DNA of 64,000 nucleotides. Origin: Eubacteriales bacterium (GTDB lineage Bacteria > Bacillota > Clostridia > Oscillospirales > CAG-272). The notes below the pieces were generated by a model that was not told where the DNA came from, ran no database searches, and saw only the letters and a program-made list of their open reading frames with translations. The position numbers were made by a program, and so were the translations under genes. Where the stretch lies: positions 3,816-67,815 of the forward strand of contig JBMNUI010000002.1 in assembly GCA_050946195.1 (NCBI GenBank), written 5' to 3'. Shown here piece by piece: positions 46,548 through 55,026 of the stretch. The first letter of the stretch is position 1, and every line of letters starts with the position of its first letter.

Positions 46548-49199
46548 GTGGAAAACCATTCAAACGAGGACCTTTTGTTTCAGAACCAGAAAGTTATCGA
46601 TATCCGCATGGAAAAAGAGGTAAAAAAGGCCTTTCTCGAGTATTCCATGTCGGTAATAATGTCCCGGGCGCTGCCCGACGCGCGCGACGGGCTCAAGCCC
46701 GGACAGAGGCGCATACTCTACGCGATGTACGAAGACCGGCTGACCCACGACAAGCCCTTCCGAAAGTCGGCGACCACAGTAGGTAACGTGCTCGGCCGCT
46801 ATCACCCTCACGGAGATATTGCGGTCTACAATACCATGGTGCGCATGGCGCAGCCCTTCTCATACAGATACCCGCTGATTGAAGGACACGGCAACTTCGG
46901 CTCTGTCGACGGCGACGCCGCCGCAGCATACCGTTACACCGAAGCAAGGCTCGCCAGAATATCCGACGAGATGATGCGCGACATCGAAAAGGAGGTTATC
47001 CCCTTTGCACCCAACTTCGACAACCGCCTGCGCGAGCCTGTCGTTTTGCCGGCGCGCTTCCCGAATCTTCTGGTAAACGGTTCGGTGGGAATCGCGGTCG
47101 GAATGGCCACAAACATACCCCCGCACGAGCTGGGGGAGGTCATCGACGCCGCGCTCTACCGGATGGACCACCCCGACTGCAGCGTCGCAGAGCTGATGGA
47201 ATATATAAAGGGGCCGGATTTCCCGACCGCGGGAATAATTTACGGACTGAACGGCATCATTGAGGCATATACCACCGGCCGCGGGCGGATAACCGTGCGG
47301 GCGCGCGCCCGGGTCGAGGAGGACCACCACCGCATAATTATAACCGAAATCCCCTACATGGTGAACAAAAGCATGCTCTGTGAGGCGATTGCCAGGCTTG
47401 TCAAGGACAAGAGAGTCGACGGCATCACCGAGCTGAGGGACGAGTCGGGGCGGGACGGTATGCGGATTGTCATCGAGTACCGCCGTGACGTAAACGGGCA
47501 GGTAATCTTAAACCAGCTTTATAAATATACCCAGCTTCAGGACACCTGCGCGGTCAACATGATTGCGCTGGTAGGCAAGGAGCCCAAGGTCCTCCCGCTC
47601 CCCGAAATCCTCGACATCTACATCAAGCATCAGGAAACGGTAATCATCAACCGGACAAAATACGACCTCAACAAGGCACTGGCGCGGGCACACATTTTCG
47701 AGGGCTTTTACATTGCACTCGGCAACATAGACCGTGTCATCGAGATCATCAAGGGTTCAAAGACCATACCAGAGGCCAAGGAGCGGCTCATGGCCGAGTT
47801 TTTCACGGTAAACTGGACCGACAGCTACATGGCAGCACACGGTAAGAGCGGCAACACAGTACAGAAGCTGACCGAAGAACAGGCTCAGGCCATAGTCGAC
47901 ATGACCCTCGGCAGGCTGACAGGCATGGAGCGGCAGAAAATCGAGGAGGAACTCCTCAGGCTGCACGAGCTTATCGCAGAGCTTGAGGGGATACTTGCCG
48001 ACATAAATAAGGTCAAGCAGATAATCAGGGTTGAGCTCGGGGAAATCCGCCAGAAGTACAGCGACCCCCGCAGGACCGAGATAGTCCCGGTTGAGGACGA
48101 AATCATACTTGAGGACCTCATTGAGCGGCATAGCTGCATTATTACCCTGACACACGCCGGATATATAAAGCGGCAGCCGGTCGACACCTATACCGCACAG
48201 AACCGCGGCGGCAGGGGGATTATCGGCATGTCGACCAAGGAAGAGGACTTCATCGAAAAGGTCATTGCCGTCAACTCGCATTCATACCTTCTGATGTTTA
48301 CCAACACCGGGAAGGTGCATATGCTCAAGGCCTATCAGATCCCCGAGGCTTCAAGGACCGCCAAGGGCTCAAATCTGGTAAACATACTTGAGCTGGCGCC
48401 CGGCGAGAAGGTAACGGCGGTAATCGGCGTCGAGGAGTTCAACGAGGACAAATATCTTACAATGGTGACCAAATTCGGTGTCATCAAACGCACCCTTCTG
48501 ACCGAATATGAGTATCAGCGCCGGGGCGGCAAGATTGCGCTCACTCTCGACGAGGGCGACGAGCTGGTATTCGTAATGCTGACAGACGGGAAGAGCGACC
48601 TTATCATAGCAACCCGTGACGGAAAAGCGGTCAGGTTTAACGAGAAAAATGCCCGGGCGATGGGCAGAGTTACCCGGGGCGTGCGCGGGATATCGCTGCG
48701 CGAGGGTGACTATGTTACCGGCGTGGCGCTGGTCGAGGCCGGGAAAAAGCTTATAACCATTACCGAAAACGGCTACGGAAAGTGCACCGAATTCAACGAT
48801 TTCCGCCGGATGAGGACCCGCGGGGGCTTTGGCGTGGTCTGCCACAATATCACCCAGAAGATCGGCAGGCTCGCCGGAATCAGCTCTGTGGGAGAAGACG
48901 ACGACATTATGATTATCACCGACTCGGGCACCATTATACGCACACCGGTCAAAGGCATTCCGGTCTACTCGCGTAGCGCCGCCGGGGTAATTGTCATGAG
49001 GCTTGCCGAGGGTCAGAGCATCGTGAACTTTACTAAGGTGGCCAGCGTCGAGGAAGAGGAGCGCGAAATAAGCCGGGCCAGAGAAATGAGCAAGGCCGCC
49101 GAGAGCGAGAAAAAGATTATCACAGCGCTCCCCACCGGCGATGAAGAGGACGAGGACGAAGACGAAAGACCCGAACCCGATTCAGACGAAGATATCTGA
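46548..49199 (+). CDS. gyrA: DNA gyrase subunit A
   Basis: [22 protein letters not shown] and [11 protein letters not shown] (catalytic Tyr region). GTG start. Acidic C-terminal tail. Confidence 0.97.
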   Translation: MENHSNEDLLFQNQKVIDIRMEKEVKKAFLEYSMSVIMSRALPDARDGLKPGQRRILYAMYEDRLTHDKPFRKSATTVGNVLGRYHPHGDIAVYNTMVRMAQPFSYRYPLIEGHGNFGSVDGDAAAAYRYTEARLARISDEMMRDIEKEVIPFAPNFDNRLREPVVLPARFPNLLVNGSVGIAVGMATNIPPHELGEVIDAALYRMDHPDCSVAELMEYIKGPDFPTAGIIYGLNGIIEAYTTGRGRITVRARARVEEDHHRIIITEIPYMVNKSMLCEAIARLVKDKRVDGITELRDESGRDGMRIVIEYRRDVNGQVILNQLYKYTQLQDTCAVNMIALVGKEPKVLPLPEILDIYIKHQETVIINRTKYDLNKALARAHIFEGFYIALGNIDRVIEIIKGSKTIPEAKERLMAEFFTVNWTDSYMAAHGKSGNTVQKLTEEQAQAIVDMTLGRLTGMERQKIEEELLRLHELIAELEGILADINKVKQIIRVELGEIRQKYSDPRRTEIVPVEDEIILEDLIERHSCIITLTHAGYIKRQPVDTYTAQNRGGRGIIGMSTKEEDFIEKVIAVNSHSYLLMFTNTGKVHMLKAYQIPEASRTAKGSNLVNILELAPGEKVTAVIGVEEFNEDKYLTMVTKFGVIKRTLLTEYEYQRRGGKIALTLDEGDELVFVMLTDGKSDLIIATRDGKAVRFNEKNARAMGRVTRGVRGISLREGDYVTGVALVEAGKKLITITENGYGKCTEFNDFRRMRTRGGFGVVCHNITQKIGRLAGISSVGEDDDIMIITDSGTIIRTPVKGIPVYSRSAAGVIVMRLAEGQSIVNFTKVASVEEEEREISRAREMSKAAESEKKIITALPTGDEEDEDEDERPEPDSDEDI

Positions 49200-49280
49200 A
49201 ATCCGGAAGAATAATCGGGCCGGGCAGAGGCCGGTTGCCCGAAGATTTAGATAAAAAAGGAGCAGCAAAAGAGAGCCCAA

Positions 49281-50501
49281 ATGAAAGCAGTAATGTATGG
49301 CGCCGGAAACATAGGGCGCGGCTTTGTAGCCAAAAGATTTTACCTGTCCGGAATGGACACGACCTTCATCGACATCAACGCCGAGCTGGTCGCGCGGCTG
49401 AACGCCGCCGGAAAGTACCCAATTTATGAAACCCGAGGGGGCAGGTATAAAACCGAATGGGTCGGGAACATCTCGGCCATTGACGGCAGGGATGCCGGCG
49501 CGGTGGCCGAAGCAATCGCCGCCGCCGATATCATGGCGACCTCGCTCGGAGTGAACGCGCTGCCACATGTGGCCCCGCTTATCGCCGCGGGCATAGAGTT
49601 GCGCTACATGCGTGGCGGGCGGCCGCTCAATATTCTTATCTGCGAAAACCTCATCGGCGCCGAGGCTCACCTGCGGGGTCTGGTCGGCAAGTATATAGCC
49701 GGGGAGATAAAAAGCTATTTTGAGGATCAAATAGGCTTTGTCAGCGCCTCAATCTGCATCACGGTGCCGCCGACGCCCGAAAAATTCCTTGCCGAAAACC
49801 CGCTGGCCGTCTGCACGGACGCCTACCGCGAGCTGCCGGTCGACCTTGACGCCTTCCGGCCAAGAGGAGCCGAACTTCCGAAAATCGACGGCATGGTGGC
49901 CCGTTCGCCCTTCAGCTTTTTCATCGAGCGAAAGCTCCTGATACATAACATGGGGCACGCGCTCATGGCCTACCTCGGCTGGCAGAAGAAGATAAATCTT
50001 ATATACGATATTGCCTGCGACGGCGAAATCAAGTACATACTGACCCGCGCCCTTGTCGAATCGGCACGGGCGCTGGCGAAAAAGCACGATGTGCCGACCG
50101 ACGAGCTTTTACAGTTTGTCGAGGACCTCATGGTGCGCTTTGAGAACAAGCTGTTGGTCGACGACGTGTTCCGCGTCGGGCGCGACCCGGCGCGAAAGCT
50201 GTCGGCCGGCGACAGGCTGGGCGGCGCCTTCAAACTGGTGCGCGAGCAGGGCGGGGTGCCGGCTCATATTGCGGTCGGGATTGCCGCGGGGCTGCTGTTC
50301 GATCACCCCGACGACCCGATAGCCCTTGAGGTTTCGGGATACGCAAAGGACGGCGGGGTCGCCGCCGCACTCCGAAAATACTGCTCCATAACCGACTTCG
50401 CCGACGTCGAGATGATAGAGACGCTCTATTCCTTGTTACAATCAAAAGCGCCTTTCTCAAGCCTTGTTGAAGCGCTTTCAACAATGAAAAGCACACACTA
50501 A
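49281..50501 (+). CDS. mtlD: mannitol-1-phosphate 5-dehydrogenase-like (mannitol dehydrogenase family)
   Basis: N-terminal Rossmann motif YGAGNIGRGF. 406 aa. The substrate assignment is tentative. Confidence 0.7.
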   Translation: MKAVMYGAGNIGRGFVAKRFYLSGMDTTFIDINAELVARLNAAGKYPIYETRGGRYKTEWVGNISAIDGRDAGAVAEAIAAADIMATSLGVNALPHVAPLIAAGIELRYMRGGRPLNILICENLIGAEAHLRGLVGKYIAGEIKSYFEDQIGFVSASICITVPPTPEKFLAENPLAVCTDAYRELPVDLDAFRPRGAELPKIDGMVARSPFSFFIERKLLIHNMGHALMAYLGWQKKINLIYDIACDGEIKYILTRALVESARALAKKHDVPTDELLQFVEDLMVRFENKLLVDDVFRVGRDPARKLSAGDRLGGAFKLVREQGGVPAHIAVGIAAGLLFDHPDDPIALEVSGYAKDGGVAAALRKYCSITDFADVEMIETLYSLLQSKAPFSSLVEALSTMKSTH

Positions 50502-50508
50502 TACACAA

Positions 50509-50538
50509 GGCTGCCGGAAGATTCCGGCGGCCTTTTTT
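50509..50538 (+). terminator. intrinsic terminator after mtlD
   Basis: GGCTGCCGGAA-gat-TTCCGGCGGCC (one mismatch) followed by T6. Confidence 0.8.
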
Positions 50539-50622
50539 AATCAAAACCGCCGCTATGCGCCAAGCTTCGGCAACTGCATACTTCAATAACCCCGCTGTAC
50601 TGCTGAATCATTCTGCTTGCTA

Positions 50623-50755
50623 CGCGGGCGGCAGGAGGTGTGGGGTTCTCAGGGCGGAAACCTTAGGTTTCCCCCTGAGCGCTTTTCTTTGGTTCATTTC
50701 TTTGTGCGCACAAAGAAATGAACATAAAAAAAATAAAAGTTTCATTAAATTAAAC
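50623..50755 (+). repeat. structured dispersed repeat, copy 1
   Basis: Hairpin 50648-50679 and a 32-nt perfect palindrome GTTCATTTCTTTGTGCGCACAAAGAAATGAAC at 50692-50723. About 85 percent identical by eye to 57697-57815, in the same orientation. Confidence 0.85.
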
Positions 50756-50777
50756 AGCGGGAAATATTTTTCAGTCA

Positions 50778-50817
50778 ATAAAAAGGCCGGCGGGAACTCC
50801 TAAAGCTCCCGCCGGCG
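50778..50817 (-). terminator. intrinsic terminator after the amidotransferase gene
   Basis: Minus strand GCCGGCGGGAGC..GTTCCCGCCGGC followed by CTTTTT. Confidence 0.75.
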
Positions 50818-50820
50818 TTC

Positions 50821-51513
50821 TTATTCATCTCCCGCCGCGCGAACAAATGTTTCAAACAGCGCCGCGGCGTCGCGGTCAAGATGCCAGTACAACTCGGGGT
50901 GCCACTGCACGCCGATGAAAAACCTGTGCCCCGGCAGGTAAACGCACTCGCAAATCCCGTCTTCTGCATACGCCGCGGCGCGCAGGCCGGGTGCAATTTC
51001 CTTTACCGCCTGATGATGAAAGCTGTTTACCAGCATTTCTGTCCTGCCGCCGGAAATCTCGGCAAGCGGTGTATCGGGATGAATATTTATACGCTGGTTG
51101 CGGACTGTGCCGCCCTCCTTTTGCCTGTGCCCCTCAATGTGCTGATATAGGCTGCCGCCAATGCCTACATTCAAAAGCTGAATCCCCCGGCAGACGCCGA
51201 GTACAGGCTTTTCGGTTTTCTTCACCCGCTCAAATAGGGCAAGTTCAAAGCTGTCGCGCGCGTCGCAAACCTCAACCTTATCGGAGGTTATGTCCTCGCC
51301 GTAATATTTCGGATCGATATCGACCCCGCCGGCAAAAAGAAAGCCGTCAAAGAGCGCCGCATATTCGTCCAGCTTAACATTATCTGCCGTATAGGCGACA
51401 AAGACGGGCATACCCCCCGCGCTCCAGACGGCGTCGAGGTATGTCGGCTTCATTCTGATATAGCCCTCGGATGAATAGGAAGGCGTTATTGCAATAAGCG
51501 GTCTTTTTTTCAT
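50821..51513 (-). CDS. class-I glutamine amidotransferase-like, peptidase C26 (gamma-glutamyl hydrolase/PuuD-like)
   Basis: GVCRGIQLLN nucleophile elbow and HHQAV. Confidence 0.8.
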   Translation of the reverse strand: MKKRPLIAITPSYSSEGYIRMKPTYLDAVWSAGGMPVFVAYTADNVKLDEYAALFDGFLFAGGVDIDPKYYGEDITSDKVEVCDARDSFELALFERVKKTEKPVLGVCRGIQLLNVGIGGSLYQHIEGHRQKEGGTVRNQRINIHPDTPLAEISGGRTEMLVNSFHHQAVKEIAPGLRAAAYAEDGICECVYLPGHRFFIGVQWHPELYWHLDRDAAALFETFVRAAGDE

Positions 51514-51524
51514 AAAAAAACATT

Positions 51525-52172
51525 TTATGCATTATCTGCTTTTGTGTCGTTGTCGGGCAGGAAATGAACCAGCGCCCGGGCAATCGCAGCCGATACCACA
51601 AAGGTCACGGCAAGCTCAACTACGGCGTTTAGGGCGATAACCGAAATAATGCCCCACGCGCTCGCAACTCCAAATACACCGAGCACCTCCTCGTTTTTAC
51701 CGAAAAGAATCATTAACAAGCCGACAAAGGTTATGGTATTGAGAAGCGGGCAGCAAATCGAGGCAATGATGCAGGAAATTGTCTTGCTCCAGCGCTTGAT
51801 TCTTTTGACAAGAAAACTGAAAATCAGCCCTGTAAGCCAACCTACGAGCACGCGCGGGACAAAGCACAGTATAAATGTCAGCACCGGACTTATTCCCACC
51901 AGAATTGCGCCGAAGGGGTCGGCTCTGAAGATAAATCCAAAGCATGAGGCAAAGCTTCCCAGCCCGAAAACCGCTCCGAGTATGGCGCCTCCGCGGGGGC
52001 CGAGCATAATCGCGCCGATAGCAACCGGAATGACTAAAAGGGTTATCGCAATTAACCCTATGTTCATAAATCCGAGCGGCGTGGCGCCCATAAGTATGAT
52101 TATGGCGCAGAAAAGCCCGAGCAGGACAAGATTCCGGGTTTTTTCAGATACTCTGAGTTTTAAATCTGCCAT
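51525..52172 (-). CDS. ECF-transporter S component-like membrane protein
   Basis: 215 aa with about 6 TMs. Pro/Gly-rich loop LLVIPVAIGAIMLGPRGGAILGAVFG, as in ECF S components. Substrate unknown. Confidence 0.55.
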   Translation of the reverse strand: MADLKLRVSEKTRNLVLLGLFCAIIILMGATPLGFMNIGLIAITLLVIPVAIGAIMLGPRGGAILGAVFGLGSFASCFGFIFRADPFGAILVGISPVLTFILCFVPRVLVGWLTGLIFSFLVKRIKRWSKTISCIIASICCPLLNTITFVGLLMILFGKNEEVLGVFGVASAWGIISVIALNAVVELAVTFVVSAAIARALVHFLPDNDTKADNA

Positions 52173-52384
52173 GTCATTTTACCTCTGGCTGAATATTTAT
52201 TCAACAATATTCATTTGGGCTTTCGATTGAAAAATGTTTTAACTATTATTATATACTACCCATGAAAAAATTACAATATAAAAAGTGTATTAATTTTCAC
52301 GTCTGCCCCGGCCCGCGAGATACCATAATGCACAAAAAGCCCTGTCGGGTGTCCCGTTTTACATGTAATAGTCTGAGTTTGCGC

Positions 52385-52413
52385 TTTACAAAAACCGGCG
52401 CTTATTGTATAAT
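52385..52413 (+). promoter_or_regulatory. candidate araB promoter
   Basis: TTTACA-N17-TATAAT, followed by the inverted repeat TCTGCC-gacg-GGCAGA at 52428-52443. Confidence 0.55.
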
Positions 52414-52466
52414 TATCTTGATAATATTCTGCCGACGGGCAGATAATAAATCCGGGAGAAGCAAAA

Positions 52467-54167
52467 ATGTCAAAGTATACTATCGGAATTGATTTCGGAA
52501 CGCTGTCGGGCAGAGCGGTGCTGGTTGATGTCCGGGACGGGCGTGAGCTTGCGGTCAGCACCATGGATTATCCCCACGGTGTGATATCCGAGACCCTGCC
52601 GGGGACCGACATAAAACTCCCCCCCGACTGGGCGCTGCAGGACCCGCAGGACTACCTTGACGTGCTCGGGCATGTTGTGCGCGAGGTGATAGGCAAATCG
52701 GGGGTGAACCCCGGCGACATTATCGGCATTGGCATAGATTTTACCGCCTGCACGGTATTGCCGGTGCGCGCCGACGGCAGGCCGCTGTGCTTTGAGGAAA
52801 AATACAAACACAACCCGCATGCCTATGTTAAGCTCTGGAAGCATCATGCCGCGCAGAAATATGCCGACAGGCTCAACGCTACGGCACGCGCGCGCGGCGA
52901 GAGCTGGCTCGGCCGCTACGGGGGAAAAACATCGTCCGAGTGGATGTTCCCCAAGATCTGGCAGGTTTACGAGGAGGCGCCGGAGGTTTATCATGACGCG
53001 GCATATTTCATCGAGGCCGCCGACTGGATATCCTGGCAGCTCACAGGAAAACAGACCCGCAGCTATCTCTTTGCCGCATTCAAATCTATGTACATACCCG
53101 AAGCCGGCGGCTATCCCTCCGAGGACTTCTTCGCCGCGCTTGACGAAGGTCTGAGGCATGTCGTGCGCGACAAAATGAACGCTCCGATTATATTTACCTG
53201 TCAGCCGGCAGGGTATGTAACCCCCGAGGCTGCCGCTAAATTCGGGCTTCCGGCCGGAATAGCCGTCGCCTGCCCTATGCCCGACGGCCACTCGGCAACT
53301 ATAGCTGTCGGGCTCAGCAAAGACGGCGATATGTGCGCCATCATGGGCACCTCGGCCTGCTATATGCTGGTAGGCGATAAAATGACCGAAGTGCCGGGTA
53401 TATGCGGGGTAGCGCAGGACGGCCTTATTCCCGGACATTACGGCTACGAGGCCGGGCTTTGCTGCGTCGGGGACCATTTTGCCTGGGCCAAGGAAAACGT
53501 GGTGACCGCCGATTATATAAGGGAGGCCGAGGCGCGCGGGATTTCTGTGCTGAAGCTCCTCATCGAAAAGGCCTCAAAGCTGGCGCCCGGCGAGAGCGGG
53601 CTTATTGCGCTCGACTGGTTCAACGGCAACCGGAATATTCTGAATAACGCCTCGCTCTCAGGCGTGATTGTCGGGATGACGCTTGCAACCAAGCCCGAGC
53701 ACATAATGCGTGCGCTTATCGAGGCGACCGCTTTCGGCACACGCGTGATATTTGAAAATTTCGCCGAGCACGGCGTGAGCATCAAAAGGGTTGTCGCTGC
53801 AGGCGGAATTGCCCGCAAGGATCCCTTTACAATGCAATTGTATGCCGACGTGCTCAAAACCGACATAGAAGTTACCGGGTCGGCGCAGGCGCCCGCACTC
53901 TCGGATGCAATTCAGGCCGCTGTCGCCGCCGGCTCGCGCGCTGGAGGGTATGATTCTCTCGGCGACGCCATGGCGGCCATGGCGAGCAGGTGCAACCGGG
54001 TATACCACCCCGACCCGGCTGCGGGCGCGGTGTACGACAAGCTTTATGCAGAATACAAAATCCTTCACGACTATTTCGGCCGGGGTGGAAACGATGTTAT
54101 GAAAAGGCTCAGAGAGCTGGCTGAGCAGCAGACCGGGGCCGGCGGGCAGGCACAGAAAATAATTTAA
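52467..54167 (+). CDS. araB: ribulokinase
   Basis: FGGY kinase N-terminus IGIDFGTLSGRAVLVD. 566 aa, typical of AraB. Confidence 0.88.
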   Translation: MSKYTIGIDFGTLSGRAVLVDVRDGRELAVSTMDYPHGVISETLPGTDIKLPPDWALQDPQDYLDVLGHVVREVIGKSGVNPGDIIGIGIDFTACTVLPVRADGRPLCFEEKYKHNPHAYVKLWKHHAAQKYADRLNATARARGESWLGRYGGKTSSEWMFPKIWQVYEEAPEVYHDAAYFIEAADWISWQLTGKQTRSYLFAAFKSMYIPEAGGYPSEDFFAALDEGLRHVVRDKMNAPIIFTCQPAGYVTPEAAAKFGLPAGIAVACPMPDGHSATIAVGLSKDGDMCAIMGTSACYMLVGDKMTEVPGICGVAQDGLIPGHYGYEAGLCCVGDHFAWAKENVVTADYIREAEARGISVLKLLIEKASKLAPGESGLIALDWFNGNRNILNNASLSGVIVGMTLATKPEHIMRALIEATAFGTRVIFENFAEHGVSIKRVVAAGGIARKDPFTMQLYADVLKTDIEVTGSAQAPALSDAIQAAVAAGSRAGGYDSLGDAMAAMASRCNRVYHPDPAAGAVYDKLYAEYKILHDYFGRGGNDVMKRLRELAEQQTGAGGQAQKII

Positions 54168-54177
54168 GGTGGCGAAT

Positions 54178-54891
54178 ATGGCACGAAAACCAACACCGTT
54201 ATATATTATCGGAAAGATAATAAAGCTGCTCGGGCTTTTACTCCTGACATTCATTATCGGACTTCTGTTGTGGCGGGTTTATATTTCGACCATCATCCCG
54301 CGCGAGATAAAGCGGTTGGCTGTAAACGACAGCCTTGTCGCGGCCTATGAGGCATATGGCGACGAGCTTGAAATGTTCAGACAGGATGTTCCCGGCATTT
54401 CGCGCGAGAAGCATAATTACGGCTATTTTTCGGTCGAGGATTATGTAATAATACCCGAGGCCGACCAGGTGCAGGTGATATTCAGGTACAACAACAGCAC
54501 AATAGAACGCCTGGCCGAAGACCTTGAGCTTTCAGAGGTTCCGGGGCGCGAGACCGATATCTTCGAGCTTTCGCTTGTCAAGACCATAGCCCCGGATAGT
54601 GATAAATCCGAAGCCGGGGACGACACGGCCGATGGTCAAGCCGAGCAGCGGTATTTCGCATCCGGAGTAATAAGACGCTCGACGCTGCTCTACAACTACC
54701 GCCGGGTGGTTTTTGAGGGTGTCAGCCTTGACGACGCCGCCGGGCTCTCGCTTGAAGTCTATTACATCGGGCGGGTTGACTACAACAAAACCCCGTTAGG
54801 TCAGTTCAAACTCTACAGTAGTGATGACGAAAATATCGAAGTAAAACTATCAGGAGTCGACAAACAAGCTCTCAAAAAAGCGGCTGATTGA
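54178..54891 (+). CDS. hypothetical membrane-anchored protein
   Basis: ATG 54178 behind AAGGTGG. One N-terminal TM. No family recognised. Confidence 0.45.
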   Translation: MARKPTPLYIIGKIIKLLGLLLLTFIIGLLLWRVYISTIIPREIKRLAVNDSLVAAYEAYGDELEMFRQDVPGISREKHNYGYFSVEDYVIIPEADQVQVIFRYNNSTIERLAEDLELSEVPGRETDIFELSLVKTIAPDSDKSEAGDDTADGQAEQRYFASGVIRRSTLLYNYRRVVFEGVSLDDAAGLSLEVYYIGRVDYNKTPLGQFKLYSSDDENIEVKLSGVDKQALKKAAD

Positions 54892-54906
54892 CATATTGCG
54901 GGCTTC

Positions 54907-54927
54907 GGGGGCGCTGCCCCACATCCC
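54907..54927 (+). repeat. GC-hairpin motif, partial copy
   Basis: GGGGGCGCTGCCCCACATCCC. The first 21 nt of the motif are shared with copies 1-3, but CGCTTAAGA is absent. Confidence 0.5.
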
Positions 54928-55026
54928 ACACGTGACAAACAAGTTTACACACCAAAAAGGCGGAAAACCCGCCTTTTTCTATATCGATATCTTTCGTCAT
55001 TTCCCGCCTCCACTAACATCTGATGT

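Noticed and set aside
50555-50803. The 82-aa ORF covering repeat copy 1 as a real gene.
   Set aside because: The homologous copy at 57697-57815 is not covered by any ORF of 60 aa or more. The differences between copies preserve nucleotide pairing rather than a reading frame. The ORF has no RBS and lies between two terminators.
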